Below, one piece after another: positions 13,901 to 30,600 of a DNA stretch of 64,000 nt. The stretch covers positions 24,160,001-24,224,000 of the forward strand of contig CP068257.2 of NCBI GenBank assembly GCA_009914755.4. The letters run 5' to 3'. The translations under genes and the position numbers were made by a program. The DNA comes from the human T2T-CHM13v2.0 reference genome, Homo sapiens. The notes under the pieces are model-generated. The model saw nothing but the letters and a program-made list of their open reading frames with translations. It was not told the origin of the DNA and searched no databases. The first letter of the stretch is position 1. Each line of letters starts with the position of its first letter.

Positions 13901-16505
13901 TTCTTGGTCAAGCAAATGAAAGCGTTTCCCAGATTCTGATAAAAGGAGCAAGAGACTCTCTGCTAGAATATTGATTTGTTCCCTGACATTTACAGTGAGG
14001 TACTTGAAGAACTCCCACCAAAGCTATTCACAAATGTGAAGCTGCAGAGTTTTATGTACGGTCGTGGGTGTTACTTGCCAACATTTACCCCGACTTTGCT
14101 GTACTCTTTCAGCATGTTGATATTCTCAGTAATTTTCAGGCCTTTTTTTTTTTCCTTTTTTTCCCTTGACTTCTCATCAGCTCCAAACCTCAGATCTCTG
14201 TTTCCTTCCAATACAATTTCTGAGTCCAGAGTGACATGAAGACTGACATAGCTCACCCACGAAATTGAAGTCCATTGAAAAATCCCCATTGCTTGGCTTA
14301 CAGTCCACCTTTCTGTATCTCAAAAGCATTTGATTAATCTCTCCTGATTTCCCACCATGATCCATGTGGTGGTTGCACCAGGCATCCTCTCTCTTCTTCT
14401 TCCCACAACTTGTCTTTCTGCCAGGGACTTTGCTTCCAGTGTTACTGAGAAGATAAGGCCATCACATGTGACTCCCTCAGTTACACGTTATTCTTCATGT
14501 TATTTTTGATTCTGCGCTTCCAGCTTTGCCAGCAACCTAAGCCTAGGTAGGTGCTCTTCTTCTCTGTTCATTCTTGGTGCTGTAGTGGCTGGTGGGGGTT
14601 CATTCCACATATAAGCTATTCATTGCCATTAAGGCTTTCACTTGCCCGTTTTAAACAATTTTATTCCATACAAAAATATTCCAGAACTTTTTGTACAAGT
14701 CACTGCCTCATTTACCATTTGTACCAATTGTACTAATTATATCAATGTACCTGCCCACAAACAATGTGTAAGAGGGATTTTCACTGCACTCAACAATCCT
14801 TAGAGAGGCAATAAAGCATAGTGGGTGAAAGAGCTCCACCAAGTACTAGCCACATGACCTTGACTGAATTAGTTTGACTTCTGTGCTTTAGTTTCCTCAT
14901 CTGTAAAACAGGGATAAATAATAAGACCTAGTAGGGATGAGTTGTTGCAAAGAGTAAATGGCTGGTAGATGGAAAACACTTGGCGTAGTGCTATATAATA
15001 GTGCTTAGTAAGTGCTATACACACACTAAATCTGTGCGTGTTGGTAGCTGAAAGTAGCTCTGTTGGGGATTTCTTCTATAAGTAATAATGTTGAACATTT
15101 ATTCACATGTTTTTGGTCATTTGTTTTCTTTTGGGAAATGCCTTTTCAAGTCCTTTGCCAATTTGTTTTTGTTTTTGTTTCTTTTTCAACCCTGGCCTAC
15201 AGAACTTTGCCAATTTGTAATGGCCCACAAATATTTCTTCACTGATTTTCAAGCTGTTTATGAGCTACGGCTATTAACTTTCTGTTATCCCGTTTTATTA
15301 TTCGAAAATAGCTTTTCGGTCTGTTATTGGCCTTTATATTTGTTTATAGCATCTTAACATTTTTTTTTTCTTCTATGACTAGAAGATTCTTTCCATTATT
15401 GTATCACTTAAAGTTTCTATTTTCTGTATTTTCTCCTTCCTCCCATCCCCAGTCTGGCAACTGATAGAAAGTGCCTTGAGCTCTTTGGAGGAAAGTGCCC
15501 ATCTGAAGTGCTCATTATTCAATTTTGGGGCTGTTTAGTAAATAATAATAATGTTTCTAAAGAGATAACTCCATACTGTACTTGTAAATCAAGGAATTTG
15601 TCCTCCAGTCTCCTCAAAGAGTGAGGCTATTACTAGAGAAGTACCATCATTGGCTGAAAAAGATGGACATTTGAAAAGCCACATATAACAAATGTTAAAA
15701 AAGAAGCCTCCTTCTTGAGATTGAACACTGTCTTCTGTAGACTTCCCTCAGGAAATGAACCTCCGAGAGCTGCTGTTGTTGCCTTTGCTTCTCTGGCCGT
15801 TTGTCAAGCTAAATTGAGTGGAGCTCCTGTGTGTTGTCTGTTTAATCGCCCTCTTTGACAGAAGCTTTCTCATTACCTACCTGGCCCTGTTGCAAACCAG
15901 CGCCTGGAGGCAGACATATTGCACACCATTTCCTCCAGGGTCTTGCTGCAGGTTGTCTCTGGGAAGTAATGAAAATCTGGAATGTTCTCAGTGGGCGGGC
16001 TTCAGACCCACTGCCCCCTGCCATGAACCCTCAGCAGGCCAGCAATGTAGTAAAAGCCATTAGTGAAGAAATCTGGAGGAGTTCACCTCTAGGCAGGATG
16101 ATTTGACTTTTGGAAGATATTCTGGAGTTAGCCAAGATATTTTTATCTGAAAATTATTTCTGTCTTATAACTGTTCCCTGGAGGCTCTAAGAATAGCAAA
16201 AACTGACAAATTTTGTTTTTGTTGTGGTTTACTTTCCTTTAATCTGCTAACGAATCTTTTTGGCTCCACATGAGGCTGTGTCTCTGCAGCTGCATTCTTC
16301 AGGGCTGTTTCCCCTCAGTGTTTGGGGTATTCTGGCCTTTGATACAGAATCTTAATCTTAAGCTGTCTTGCCATGACAGGTGTTCATTTTGCCCAAGACT
16401 TCTTAGTTTAGGTGAATGTCAGGCAGAAACTCTTCTCTCTTCAAAAAGAAACATTAGAGCAGAATAAGAAAAAGCAAAACCACCTTTCCAGAGCCTTTTT
16501 AATAA

Positions 16506-17010
<505 letters not shown>

Positions 17011-17181
17011 TAGTGGGTTGAACAGTATCCCCCCCAAAATTCATGTCTAGCCAGAACCTCAGAATAGGACCTTATTTGGAAGTAGGTTCATTGCAGATGT
17101 CATTTCCATAAGGATCAAGATGAGATCATACTGGATTTGGGTGAGCCCTAACTCTAATGAGAGTGCCCTTCTTAGATGCAG

Positions 17182-17185
<4 letters not shown>

Positions 17186-17230
<45 letters not shown>
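17186..17230. repeat. (AC)n microsatellite, about 22 units
   Basis: An uninterrupted acacac... run. Confidence 0.95.
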
Positions 17231-17231
<1 letters not shown>

Positions 17232-17269
17232 GAACGCCATGTGAAGATGGAGACAAACACTAGAGTTAA

Positions 17270-17632
<363 letters not shown>

Positions 17633-17690
17633 AGGAAAGAACTTTTCTAAAGAATTGTCAGAATTGTCTGTGAGAGCATAGCCATGCTGA

Positions 17691-18090
<400 letters not shown>

Positions 18091-19041
18091 TAATTTGTTA
18101 CAGCAGCCCTAGAAACTAATATAAGGGGGTTTGATCCTTGGCTTTATTTACAAACTTAAATTTCTTTAAACAAAACGGAAGCTAAGGTATTTGATTACCT
18201 TTTTAAATATTTCAGTTATCTAACAAACTTTCCAAGACACTTGTGTCTTGATTTAATTAGCTATTTCCCTATTTCGAACACCTCTGTTGCTTTCATTTTT
18301 TTCTTGAAATCATAAAAAATATAGCAAAGTGTACATTAATTGTAAACTATATGTACATTTCTTTGCAAAGGTAGACTCTGGCATTAAAACTGTTAGCATT
18401 TGGGCTGGTCCAGTGTGCTTGGCTGATGGGAGCACAGTGCTGATGAGACTAAGATGCCAATTAGCCCTAAAGAGAGAAAAGCTGTGTCCTCCATGGCCCG
18501 GCTAGAACGTTTGATTCACTTAACAGGTGCATGCCACTGGGCAACCAGGGAGAGATGTACCCATCCATTATTGTTAAAGGATAAAACTCAAACATTTATA
18601 TTGGTTTCTCTGATGACACCAACTTTATGTTTTGACAAGGAACATTATTTATACTAATATGTGAAAATAGCTAAAGCTTCATTCAGACATTAATCTCATA
18701 GGAAATGTTTGCACAAAAGGCAGGGAGATGGAAGACCAAGACTTCACATGACATTTCATCACAGACCAATGGCAGAATGAGCTACAGAATGCAGTTTTAA
18801 CACTATATGTCTAGTGGCATAATCCTTCTAGCTTTAACTGGCAGCTTTTTTTTTCTAGGACTAAAGCCACCAGCATAATAAACATCTTTTAGATCTGCCT
18901 TCACCACAGAACTGTTTTTAGGAAACTCATCTATGATCCCAGGATTCACTGTTTGAAAGGAGTTGCTGGTGTTACCTTCAGAGACCTTAAATTGGTTTGA
19001 AATTATATAGTCACTAAAGAGATTGTGATTGTTATTTTAAG

Positions 19042-19336
<295 letters not shown>

Positions 19337-19613
19337 GTTCATTTTAAACTATGCCTCAGTTTTCTCCTTTCTAAAATGGGGATCACAAGGACAACTACTT
19401 GATGGAGATAATTAATACATGAGTTTAACATAATATGCTCAGTAATTGGTACAAAAAAATAGCATAAATAAGACCTACTATTTGATAGCACAACAGGGTG
19501 ACTATAGTCAATAGTAAGTTAATTGTGCATTTTAAAATAATTAAAAGTATAATTGGATTGTTTGTAATACAAAGGATAAATGCTGGAGGGGATGGAGACC
19601 GCATTCTCCATGA

Positions 19614-19924
<311 letters not shown>

Positions 19925-21006
19925 ATGATGTGATTATTATGCATTGCATGCCTGTATCAAAATATCTCATAAGTGTGATATACATCCTCCATGTACTCTC
20001 AAAAATTAAAAATTAAAAAAGAACATGCTTAAAACAGCCTTTAAACTAGTAGCCATATATAAATGTTAGCTGTTACTTCTTCTTTAGGCTTTGGACAAGG
20101 AACGTATCTTTTCTGTGTACCAGTCTATTTCCAGTGCCAAACTATAGTGCCAAGCAAATAGTGAGTGCTCAATGAAGATTTGCAAGCGACTTAATAGCAA
20201 TTGAAGGAACACAGAGGGATTGACTTTGCCTTGCCTTCTTGACCTGTTTTATGTTTTTGTTTCCCTTAAACTTTATAATTTAGGGATTAGGAGCAGCTGG
20301 TTGCTTATGTTCATAACTCAAAACACAAAAAGAGCTCAGCGGGTCTAACAGGGAGCGCAGCAATGTCTTTCACTGCTTAGACGGTGAACGGCTAAAGTTT
20401 ATTTCCACGTTAACTGTTTTCATTGATGAAAACTGGTTAGAACATTATTTTTGGAGTGTTAGATACTGAAAAGATTGACTGTAAATCCATAATTTTCACA
20501 GCTGTGTTCTCCAAAATTTTCTTTACTCCTACAAGTGAAGAATGAAAATTACAGAAATATATCTATGTGTGCATAGGAAGTCGTTTGCTTTTGGGAATTC
20601 TCCAGTTGGTAATTCAGTTAATTTGCTACAGTAACTTACGATCTCCTTCTCAGAGTTAACTTCCTGATCCTCTTGAATTGCAGGTGTATTTGTCAGGTGT
20701 GGACAGGCAGGTCTGCGGTTGGGCTTGCGTCTTCCTCAACAGTTCTACTTCTGCCAACTGGGTTATAAAAAGCTCTGCTGCAATCTGGTGGTTTAACTTG
20801 AGGTATAGTTTCCCCGAGAGACGACGTTAGGCCTTAGGTTTCATAACCAGACCAAGCAATTCAATTAATCTTACTATCCATGAAGGGTAATTGGATGTAA
20901 ATAGCACTAGAGAATCCAGCCATCGTTTATGACGATCATTGTAGGGGCTGTTTTTAGGCTGTCAATTTAGTGAGCTAGAAATACATCTTTCTTAAAAGTG
21001 AAATTA

Positions 21007-21410
<404 letters not shown>

Positions 21411-22018
21411 CTAAGTAGGAGATGACTCCTCTGGACAAAGGATGAGAATGAAGAGTCAGGGGGAAGCAGGAAGCCCTGGAAAACAAGAACCATCTGCTGG
21501 GTAACCTCTGAGCTTAGTCTGCCTTTTTTGAAGTTCCCAGGGCTTGATTTATGGCACACCATGAACTCTGTTGTTACAATTCTTTATTTCCAATTACAGC
21601 ATGATCTTCTTATTGAATGATGAGTTCCTAGAAGATTGATCCTTGATATACCCTTTATCATCACTGTTTAATCACAACGCCTGCCACATAGTAGGGGCTA
21701 CATAATTGTTGAAATGAAATCCCTCCAGTTTCTAACCTTTCCTAACCTGTTCAGGAGAATTATATAACTTGATAGGTTCTTCACTACCTTTCCTGTCGCT
21801 CAAGGAAGAACTCAGCTTTCTTGATATATCTTGTGAATTTCATTCCAAAAAAGTGAAATAAAAATAGGGCATCTATTTCTACCCAGACCCTGTAGAGAAC
21901 GACAACAGGCCATGTATCTGATAGGTGTGTTGGCCATGTGTCGGTGTGCTAGCCTGTGTGAACCTTGGTCCCTGTAAGGAGAGGGTATCCCCACTAAGTG
22001 AGTCCCCGTCCGTGGTAA

Positions 22019-22448
<430 letters not shown>

Positions 22449-23504
22449 CGAATCTTTTCAGCCTGTTCCAACTCTTACCTCTTTATTTGAGTTACCATGA
22501 CTAGGACTCAATTGCTGGAGATAAAAAAAATCTTGACCAAGACAATACAGGTAGTTCTTTAAGGACCAAAAAAACCCCATCTTCTACATTTAAGAGGAAA
22601 ACCAATCTCACAGGTCTTTACAGGAACAGAGAAGGACAGCAGGGTTAGAGATCTGTACATACATTGATCAAGTCAGGTGTGGTTATGTGCTGGACCTCAG
22701 TTGGAAGAGAGCGAATTATCTAGAAACTCAGTGAGGAGGAAAGAGAGCAGGGATAACTACTGATAGTAGAGCATGTATGTCCTTGATCGTCGAGAAGGTG
22801 AAGGCAGAATTCATTTATAAGTAAAGAAGATTCATGGTATAGAGACCAGATATGTTAGGGGATGATGGCCTTTTATTTTATTCCTGGTAGACTCACTTGA
22901 GGAATAAACGTGGAGCACCAGTGGCTTGTGCTTAAATATGTCTTCTGTATATTTTGCTCAGTAGAGGCTTAATTGGGATAATTTCTACTTCTAATGTATA
23001 AAAAAGCCAGTGGTTAGCACAATTTCCAGAAATATTCACAATGTGTTCCATAGGAATGATTTCCCCCTAGTCTCATTTTTGAGACTAGAACCCTCTGGAA
23101 TTACACAATATGGGAATCTTGTGTGTAAAAAGTGTAGAAGAATTAAGCTTACTGGTAATATACATCTTGATGTCAATCATTTGATTCATTTTCTTACTTT
23201 AATGATATTAACCTGTGAGATGGATTTTTGATTGATGGACCAGGGTAGTGGCTTTCAGAGAGAATGCCAAGAACACCAGTGTCTTGCTCCGTCTTAACTC
23301 CCAATTAAAAAAAAAAACTTTTAAAATAAACTTTTTATTTTAGAATGGGTAGAGATTTTCAGAATAGCTGTGAAGATAGTACGGAGTTTCCATATACTCC
23401 ACACCCAGCTTCCTCTGTTATTAGCATCTTATATTAATATGGTACATTTGCCATAATTAATGAACCAATGTTAATATTATTAACTAAAGTCAATACTTTC
23501 TCTT

Positions 23505-23665
23505 TTCTTTCTCTTTCTTCCTTCCTTCTTTCCTTCCTTCCTCTTTTATTTCCTTCCTTCCTTCCTTTCCTTCCTTCCTTCCTTCCTTCCTTCCTTCCTT
23601 CCTTCCTTCCTTCCTTCCCTGCTTCCTTTCCCCCCTCCTTCCCTCCCTCCCTTCCTCCCTTCCTT
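23505..23665. repeat. (TTCC)n/(CCTT)n polypyrimidine microsatellite, about 160 bp
   Basis: The sequence cttccttccttcc... degenerates into ccctccctccc. Confidence 0.95.
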
Positions 23666-23667
23666 CT

Positions 23668-24009
<342 letters not shown>

Positions 24010-25862
24010 TGACTGCAAGGGCTACCATATGTTTATTGTAATACTCAATGGTTTCCTCTATGTATTGAAGCTACTCTATTCTGAATATGGTTCTTAAGCC
24101 TTCCTAACCGTAAAAATCACATTGGAGCTTTAAAAATGCATGTTGCTAGGTTCCCCCACTGAAGATCCTGATTTATTTGGGCAAGGGAGTCGCTGGGCAA
24201 GAACCTACCTTTTTTTTTTTTTAAAAAAACAAACACAGGTGATGCTAATACAATAGTCTCTAGACTACATATATTTTGAGAAAATAGACCTAAACTATAA
24301 AGGGAAATTAAGAAATCCTTAGTACCACTTAGAAGTTGCCATATCTATTTCTGTGATGCTAAAGGAAAATTTTACTGTAAGTTGTTTTTTTTGGCATCAC
24401 CCCAGAGCATAACACACAATTAGTATCTAACTCAATCATTTCTCTTCTTAAAAGCACTTTGCTGTCCCTCTTGGATGGGCAGGGCCACTTTCCAATGTGC
24501 TGCAATAGCATTTTGTTAAAACCAACATCTCATGTTAACACAACTATTTGTGGGCTTACACAACAAGAATAGATGGAGAAATATATCCCGGGAAGGAAAA
24601 TATTATTATTAAAGAAAAACCTCAACTGACTAGCCACATTTTTATCCTGTAGGGATAGCAGAATTCACATCATGGAAATTTTTATGTTTTCCTTTAGAAA
24701 AACTACTTACGGAGCCCTTTGGTTATAAAACAAAAAGGCCCGGACCCATCTAGATTAGAGAAGAAGAAAGGGAGCTAAACTGATCTTCATGATGAACTTC
24801 AACGGAGTCATTCCTGAGGATGGAGGGAATGATCTATGCTGGAAAGGGCTATGTGAGTTTTCTTTAACCAGGCTCCAGAAGGAATAGGTTTCCAATCCCT
24901 GGAACTTAGAGAAGCCAGTGCAGAAATGGGCTGAAGCAACGTGATGAAAGAGTGAGATGCTACAGAAGAGACAACCAGGGAGAGGTTCCCTGGGGCAGAG
25001 AATGGTGGATGAGATTTAGGATCAGTGTTGCCAGATTCTGTCTGTTGCAGATTATTGCCTTTTTATCCTAGTCCTTTGTATACAATAGCCTTGTGTTAGT
25101 GGGTCATGTTTTAAAGCACAAGAACAAGGCAGATTGGACAGACCTAAAGCAGTATAAGGAGGTAGAGTCAGATGGCCCAAAATGATGAAAGAGAGGATTG
25201 GAGTAGGAGTCGGGTCTGGGACTCCTCAGAATTATAGGTGAGTGTGCTGGATATCCTCATTCATATGCATGGCACTTCGAGTTATTTGATCTGGACTCAT
25301 AATGGCAGACAGACTTAAGGACTCAGGGTTATATTAACAAGAAATACCCTAAAGATTCTTTTGTCTTCCTGCAGATCTGAAAGATGAATATTGATAGAAA
25401 CTTTTGTAACAAAGGCATATCTCTCCTACCATTTTTCCTCTGATTATGTTGTTCTAGTTGTCTGTGATTCTTATTGTCAGCACAGTGCTGAATTTTCAAA
25501 TAGACTCTTGCTTATGAAGCTGGCAGTATTTCATTATTTATGACTTTGTTCAACTTCATCTAGTCTAAACACAAAGTAGATAGAAGTTGTGTTTTTCTAT
25601 TGCTGACAGCAAAATTCTCTTGCGTGAACATATTTCTTTACACAGACAAAAGATGTTGAGCAAGGCATGATAGTTTTTGCACAGTACAGCTGAGGAGGAT
25701 GGATGGAATGACTGCTGCAATATAAGAAACTAAGAAAAAATTCAGGGCAAAAGATCCCAATCTATATAAGCTAGTAAAACTGGGATATAAACATGAAAAT
25801 TAAAGAGATACATTTTCCTGTAGCCTTTGTGCCATAAATTATATGAAAAGGGTGACCAATAG

Positions 25863-26222
<360 letters not shown>

Positions 26223-27596
26223 CCTTAGCAATTTTAAGGTAACATATTAATAGGTTATTGGGATTAGGACATATACACCACAGATTGACTATAGATTTCA
26301 TGTTCCAATTCATTCATTTTTTTCACCAGAGCCACTGAGGAAATTTTTAATATAAGTCATGAAAAACGATGGGGCAAAATTGGAATTGCATGATTCCTTG
26401 CTTCCAGTAAAAAAAAAAAAAAAAGGTTAAGGATTAAGTAAAGGACTAATTTAAATTGGGCTCCCTACTCCAACCAATTATTCAGATTGTCTCATTTGAT
26501 AGCCTCAGGGTGCTGCTGATACTGAATAATTTGATCCTTGTCTGGAATCTTTTCCTTGACTTCATTATTATACTTGTTCTTATCTACCTCAGGTTGAAAT
26601 ATATGTGATGGTCATGGCAGGTTTCTTGATAAAAGAATTTGGCTTGTTTTTTCAACCCATCACTAGAAGGTACCTTTTGGAGCTATCAGGTCATGGGGAA
26701 GGCTGTTCTGGTAAGACCTGTCCAGACTTAGAAAACCATGACAATTAGCACCCTTAGAAGAGGAAAATTTGGCTTAGAGGCAGGTAACAGAGACTCTCTT
26801 TAGAGAAAGAAAGGGTTATTAAATAATCTAGTGCAACACAATCTAATAGAAGTACAAAATAAGCCACATACATAATTTAATTTATCTAAAAGCCACATGA
26901 AACACAGTTTAAAAAGCAGATGAAATAAATGTTTATAGTATATCCAAAGTATCATCATTTCAACATGTAATCAACATAACAAATTATTGTTAAGACACGT
27001 TTTAAGTTCTTTTTCTATACACTATGATTTAGGATCTGGTGCATACTTCATATGTACAGCACACCTCAATTCAGTCTAGCCACATTTCACTTGTGCTACA
27101 GCCACAAGTGGCTGCTAGCATCTACTACATTGGTTAGAGCCTAGTAGAAGCTTATTGTACTTAATGGACATCTTTAGATAACCTTGTTTATTGAGTCCTT
27201 CACAGCATTCTCTACTCTTATCCACATCAGTTCTAAAGCTTGACGCCCCTTAGATGAGATAGTGGCCACAACTGTCTGCCTCAACACCAATGTACTACTT
27301 CCTTTTCTCTTGGCAATATCCACTAGAGAAGCAAGAAAAAGTAGCACTCACCTCCCCATTCTTCTTTGCAGCTAGGGGTGGCCATGTGACACAATTGTGG
27401 TCAATGAGTGGTCAGCAAAATTATGATCAAGGGTTTCTGGTAGCTGGTGCCTCCCCTTCCTTCTTCTGGGTGTTCTGAATGTGAGGCCTGGAACTGTAGA
27501 ATCCCGAATAATCTCAAAGACACATGGGCTGACACCATGAAATAATTGAACCAACGCTAACATTCACCAACCTCCACATTTCTTTCTACAAAAATC

Positions 27597-27850
27597 ACTG
27601 GGCACAGTGGCCCACACCTGTAATCCCAGCACTTAAGGGAGGCAAGCCAGGAGTTCAAGATGAGCTTGGGCAACAAATTGAGACCCTGTTGCTAAAATAA
27701 ATAAATAAATAAATAAATAAAGTTAGCTGGGCATGGTGGTGTGAGCCTATAGAGTAGGCTACTTGGGAGGATCACCTGAGCCCAGGATTTCAAGCCTGTG
27801 ATAGTGCCACTGCACTCCAGCCTGGGTGACAGAGCAAGACCTTAACTTTA
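27597..27850 (+). mobile_element. Fragmented Alu (left-arm piece with (AAATA)n tail, then a right-arm piece)
   Basis: ctgggcacagtggcccacacctgtaatcccagcac...aaataaataaataaa, then agttagctgggcatggtggtgtgagcc...ccagcctgggtgacagagcaagacc. Confidence 0.7.
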
Positions 27851-27852
27851 AA

Positions 27853-28186
<334 letters not shown>

Positions 28187-28505
28187 TTAATTATTTAAGC
28201 CATTGTTCGTGGATTTCTCTTTGACTTGCATTTTATTTCACCTCTAAGTGATGCAAAACTTTCTGGAGCCTGCTCTGAACAGACTACACTCCTCGTTTGC
28301 CCTCTGGCTTCCTGCTAGCTCTGACAATGGGGCACTACAGGGAGACAAGAAAGTAGGAGGAAGGAGAAAAGACTCCCATTTTCCTTTTTTGTTCCAATCA
28401 GGGTTGTCCTGAAATACCTAGGGGGATTTCTAATTCCTTACTGGACTCTGACTGATACATCCCCTGCGGCCTCTTCTCTACATGGAATTTAGAAAGATAG
28501 TTTTA

Positions 28506-28809
28506 GGCTAGGCGCAGTGGCTCACGCCTGTAATCCCAACACGTTGGGAGGCCGAGGCAGGTGGATCACCTGAGGTCAGGTGTTCGAGACCAGCCTAGCC
28601 AACAGGTGAAACCCCGTTTTTACTAAAAATACAAAAATTAGCCGAGTATGGTGGCATGCGCCTGTAGTCCTAGCTACTTAGGAGGCTGAGGCAGAACTGC
28701 TTGAGCCCAGGAGGCAGAGGTTGCAGTGAGACGAGACTGCATTACTGCACTTCAGCCTGGATGACAGAGTGAGACTCCATCTCAAAAAAAAAAAAAAAAA
28801 AAAAAAAAC
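28506..28809 (+). mobile_element. Alu
   Basis: It starts GGCTAGGCGCAGTGGCTCACGCC and has an A27 tail. TSD aagatagtttta is at 28494-28505 and 28812-28823. Confidence 0.9.
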
Positions 28810-28948
28810 AAAAGATAGTTTTAAAGCATAATTCAGTTCATATATACAGTGGCTTCTGATATCAATAAAAATGAAACCCAAAGTTTCTTCTACAGCCAGT
28901 GAGATGTTATTTCTTTGATCCTTTCTCCTACCTCTGCTCTGACACAAC

Positions 28949-29583
28949 TGTCAGAGGCATTTGAACTAGAGTGACTCCATCCGGAACAGGGGCTGGGTAA
29001 AATAAGGATGAGGACTGCTGGGCTGTATTTCCAGGAAGCTAGGCAGTCTTAGTCACAGGATGAGACAGTAGGTCGGTACAAGATATAGGTCACAAAACCA
29101 CCTCCTGATAAAGCAATGTGGTAAAGAAGTGGGCCAAAACCCACCAAAACCAACATGGTGATGACAGAGACCTGTGGGCATCCTCACTGTTCATTAGACA
29201 CTAATTGTAGTACATTAAAATGCTAAAAGACACTCCCACCAGTACCAGTTTTACCAGTACAGTTTACAAATGTCATGGAAAGGTCCAGAAGTTACCCTAT
29301 ATGGTCTAAAAAGGAAAGCAACCCTCAGTTTTGGGAACTCCTCAACCCTTTCCTGGAAATCTCATGAATAATCCACTCACTGTTTAGCATATGATTAAAA
29401 ATAACCATAAAAATAGCCAACCAATATTCCTTGGGGCTGCTCTGCATATACAGTAGCCATTCTTTTATTTCTTCACTTCTCTAATAAACACTCACTTTTC
29501 TCTGTGGACTCACCATTAATTTTCTTGCACAAGATCCAAGAACTCTCTCTTGGGGTCTGAATTGGGACTCCTTTCTGGTAACA
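28949..29583 (+). mobile_element. Solo ERV1-class LTR (TG...CA), same family as 7846-8393
   Basis: It starts tgtcagaggc, contains ..ggggctgggtaaaataaggatgagga..gatgagacagtaggtcggtacaagatataggtcacaaaaccacc..aaacccaccaaaaccaacatggtgatgacagagacctgtggg..gttaccctatatggtctaaaaagg..aataaacactcacttttctctgtggactcacc..gatccaagaactctctcttggggtctg, and ends ggtaaca. No PBS follows. Confidence 0.55.
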
Positions 29584-30159
29584 CAATCACCCAGAGTTCC
29601 TTCCTCTTCCAAATCAAACCAACCCAACATACTGTCACCCTAGGGACTCTGCCTGTAATAGTCCTTCCGGATGGATCCTCACTTTGCTCCAACCCTCCGT
29701 TGGTTCAGCCCTCTGCTCAAATACCACCTCATTAGCAAGGGCTTCCCTCACCACCCCTATAAAACACAGTTCCCTGTCCCTCTCAATCCACTCACCTGCT
29801 CCTTGTTTTTCCCTAGTAGTTTCCCCACATGATGTTTTGAAACTGCCATTGCAAAATTATAACCGAGAAAATTATTACAGTGAAAGAGAGCTGACCTAAC
29901 CAACTTTGTCTTGCTTCTAAACTCCTAGCTGTCGTTGTTCACTCATGGGTGTAGGCCAAATTAACTTTGGGAGGAACTTAGTTTATAGTTTAACTTTGAA
30001 ACAAAGATGATAACAGCCCTTTCCCAAAACAATCCCCTTTCCTTCCTGGGGACTAGACTGCTTTTGCAGGACTAACAAAATTGGCCAAATGATGAGAAAT
30101 TATGGTTTAGGAGTCATGCAGTTGGAGGTTACAAGATTCTGACCCTCCCCAAATTGCTC

Positions 30160-30600
30160 CTGGGGATAACATCACTATTGTAAAACCTAAGATCAGTGCT
30201 TGAGATATTTTGCAAACCCTGCACTTGATGGATCAATATACTGGCTCATCTGGTCTTGTGGCCCCACCTAGGAACTGACTCAGCGCAAGAGGACAGCTTC
30301 AACTCCCTATTATTTCATCTCTGACCCAAGCAATCAGCACTCTCAACTCACTGGCTCCTACCTACCAAATTATCCTTAAAAACTCCAATCCCCAACGAAT
30401 TTTTGGGGAGACTGATTTGAGTAATAATAAAACTCCCACACAGCCAGCTCTGCATGAATGACTCTTTCTCTTTTGCAATTCCCCTGCCTTGATAAATTGG
30501 CTCTGTCTAGGCAGCGGGCAAGGTGAACCCACTGGTCAGTTACAGTTTTACATGCTTGTTTACCCATATATTATTCATCTCTCCCAACTAGAATAAAACT
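30160..30600 (+). mobile_element. LTR-like U3/R fragment (ERV1 MER4-like?)
   Basis: A CAAT-like ccaatcagcac, then ..ttatccttaaaaactccaatccccaac..gagactgatttgagtaataataaaactcc (poly-A signal)..gataaattggctctgtctaggcagcgggcaaggtgaaccc. The family name is uncertain. Confidence 0.3.

Noticed and set aside
15080-15400. AT-rich stretch resembling reverse-complement L1 ORF2 (atgccttttcaagtcctttgccaatttgtttt..)
   Set aside because: The similarity is too weak by eye to call boundaries or orientation confidently.
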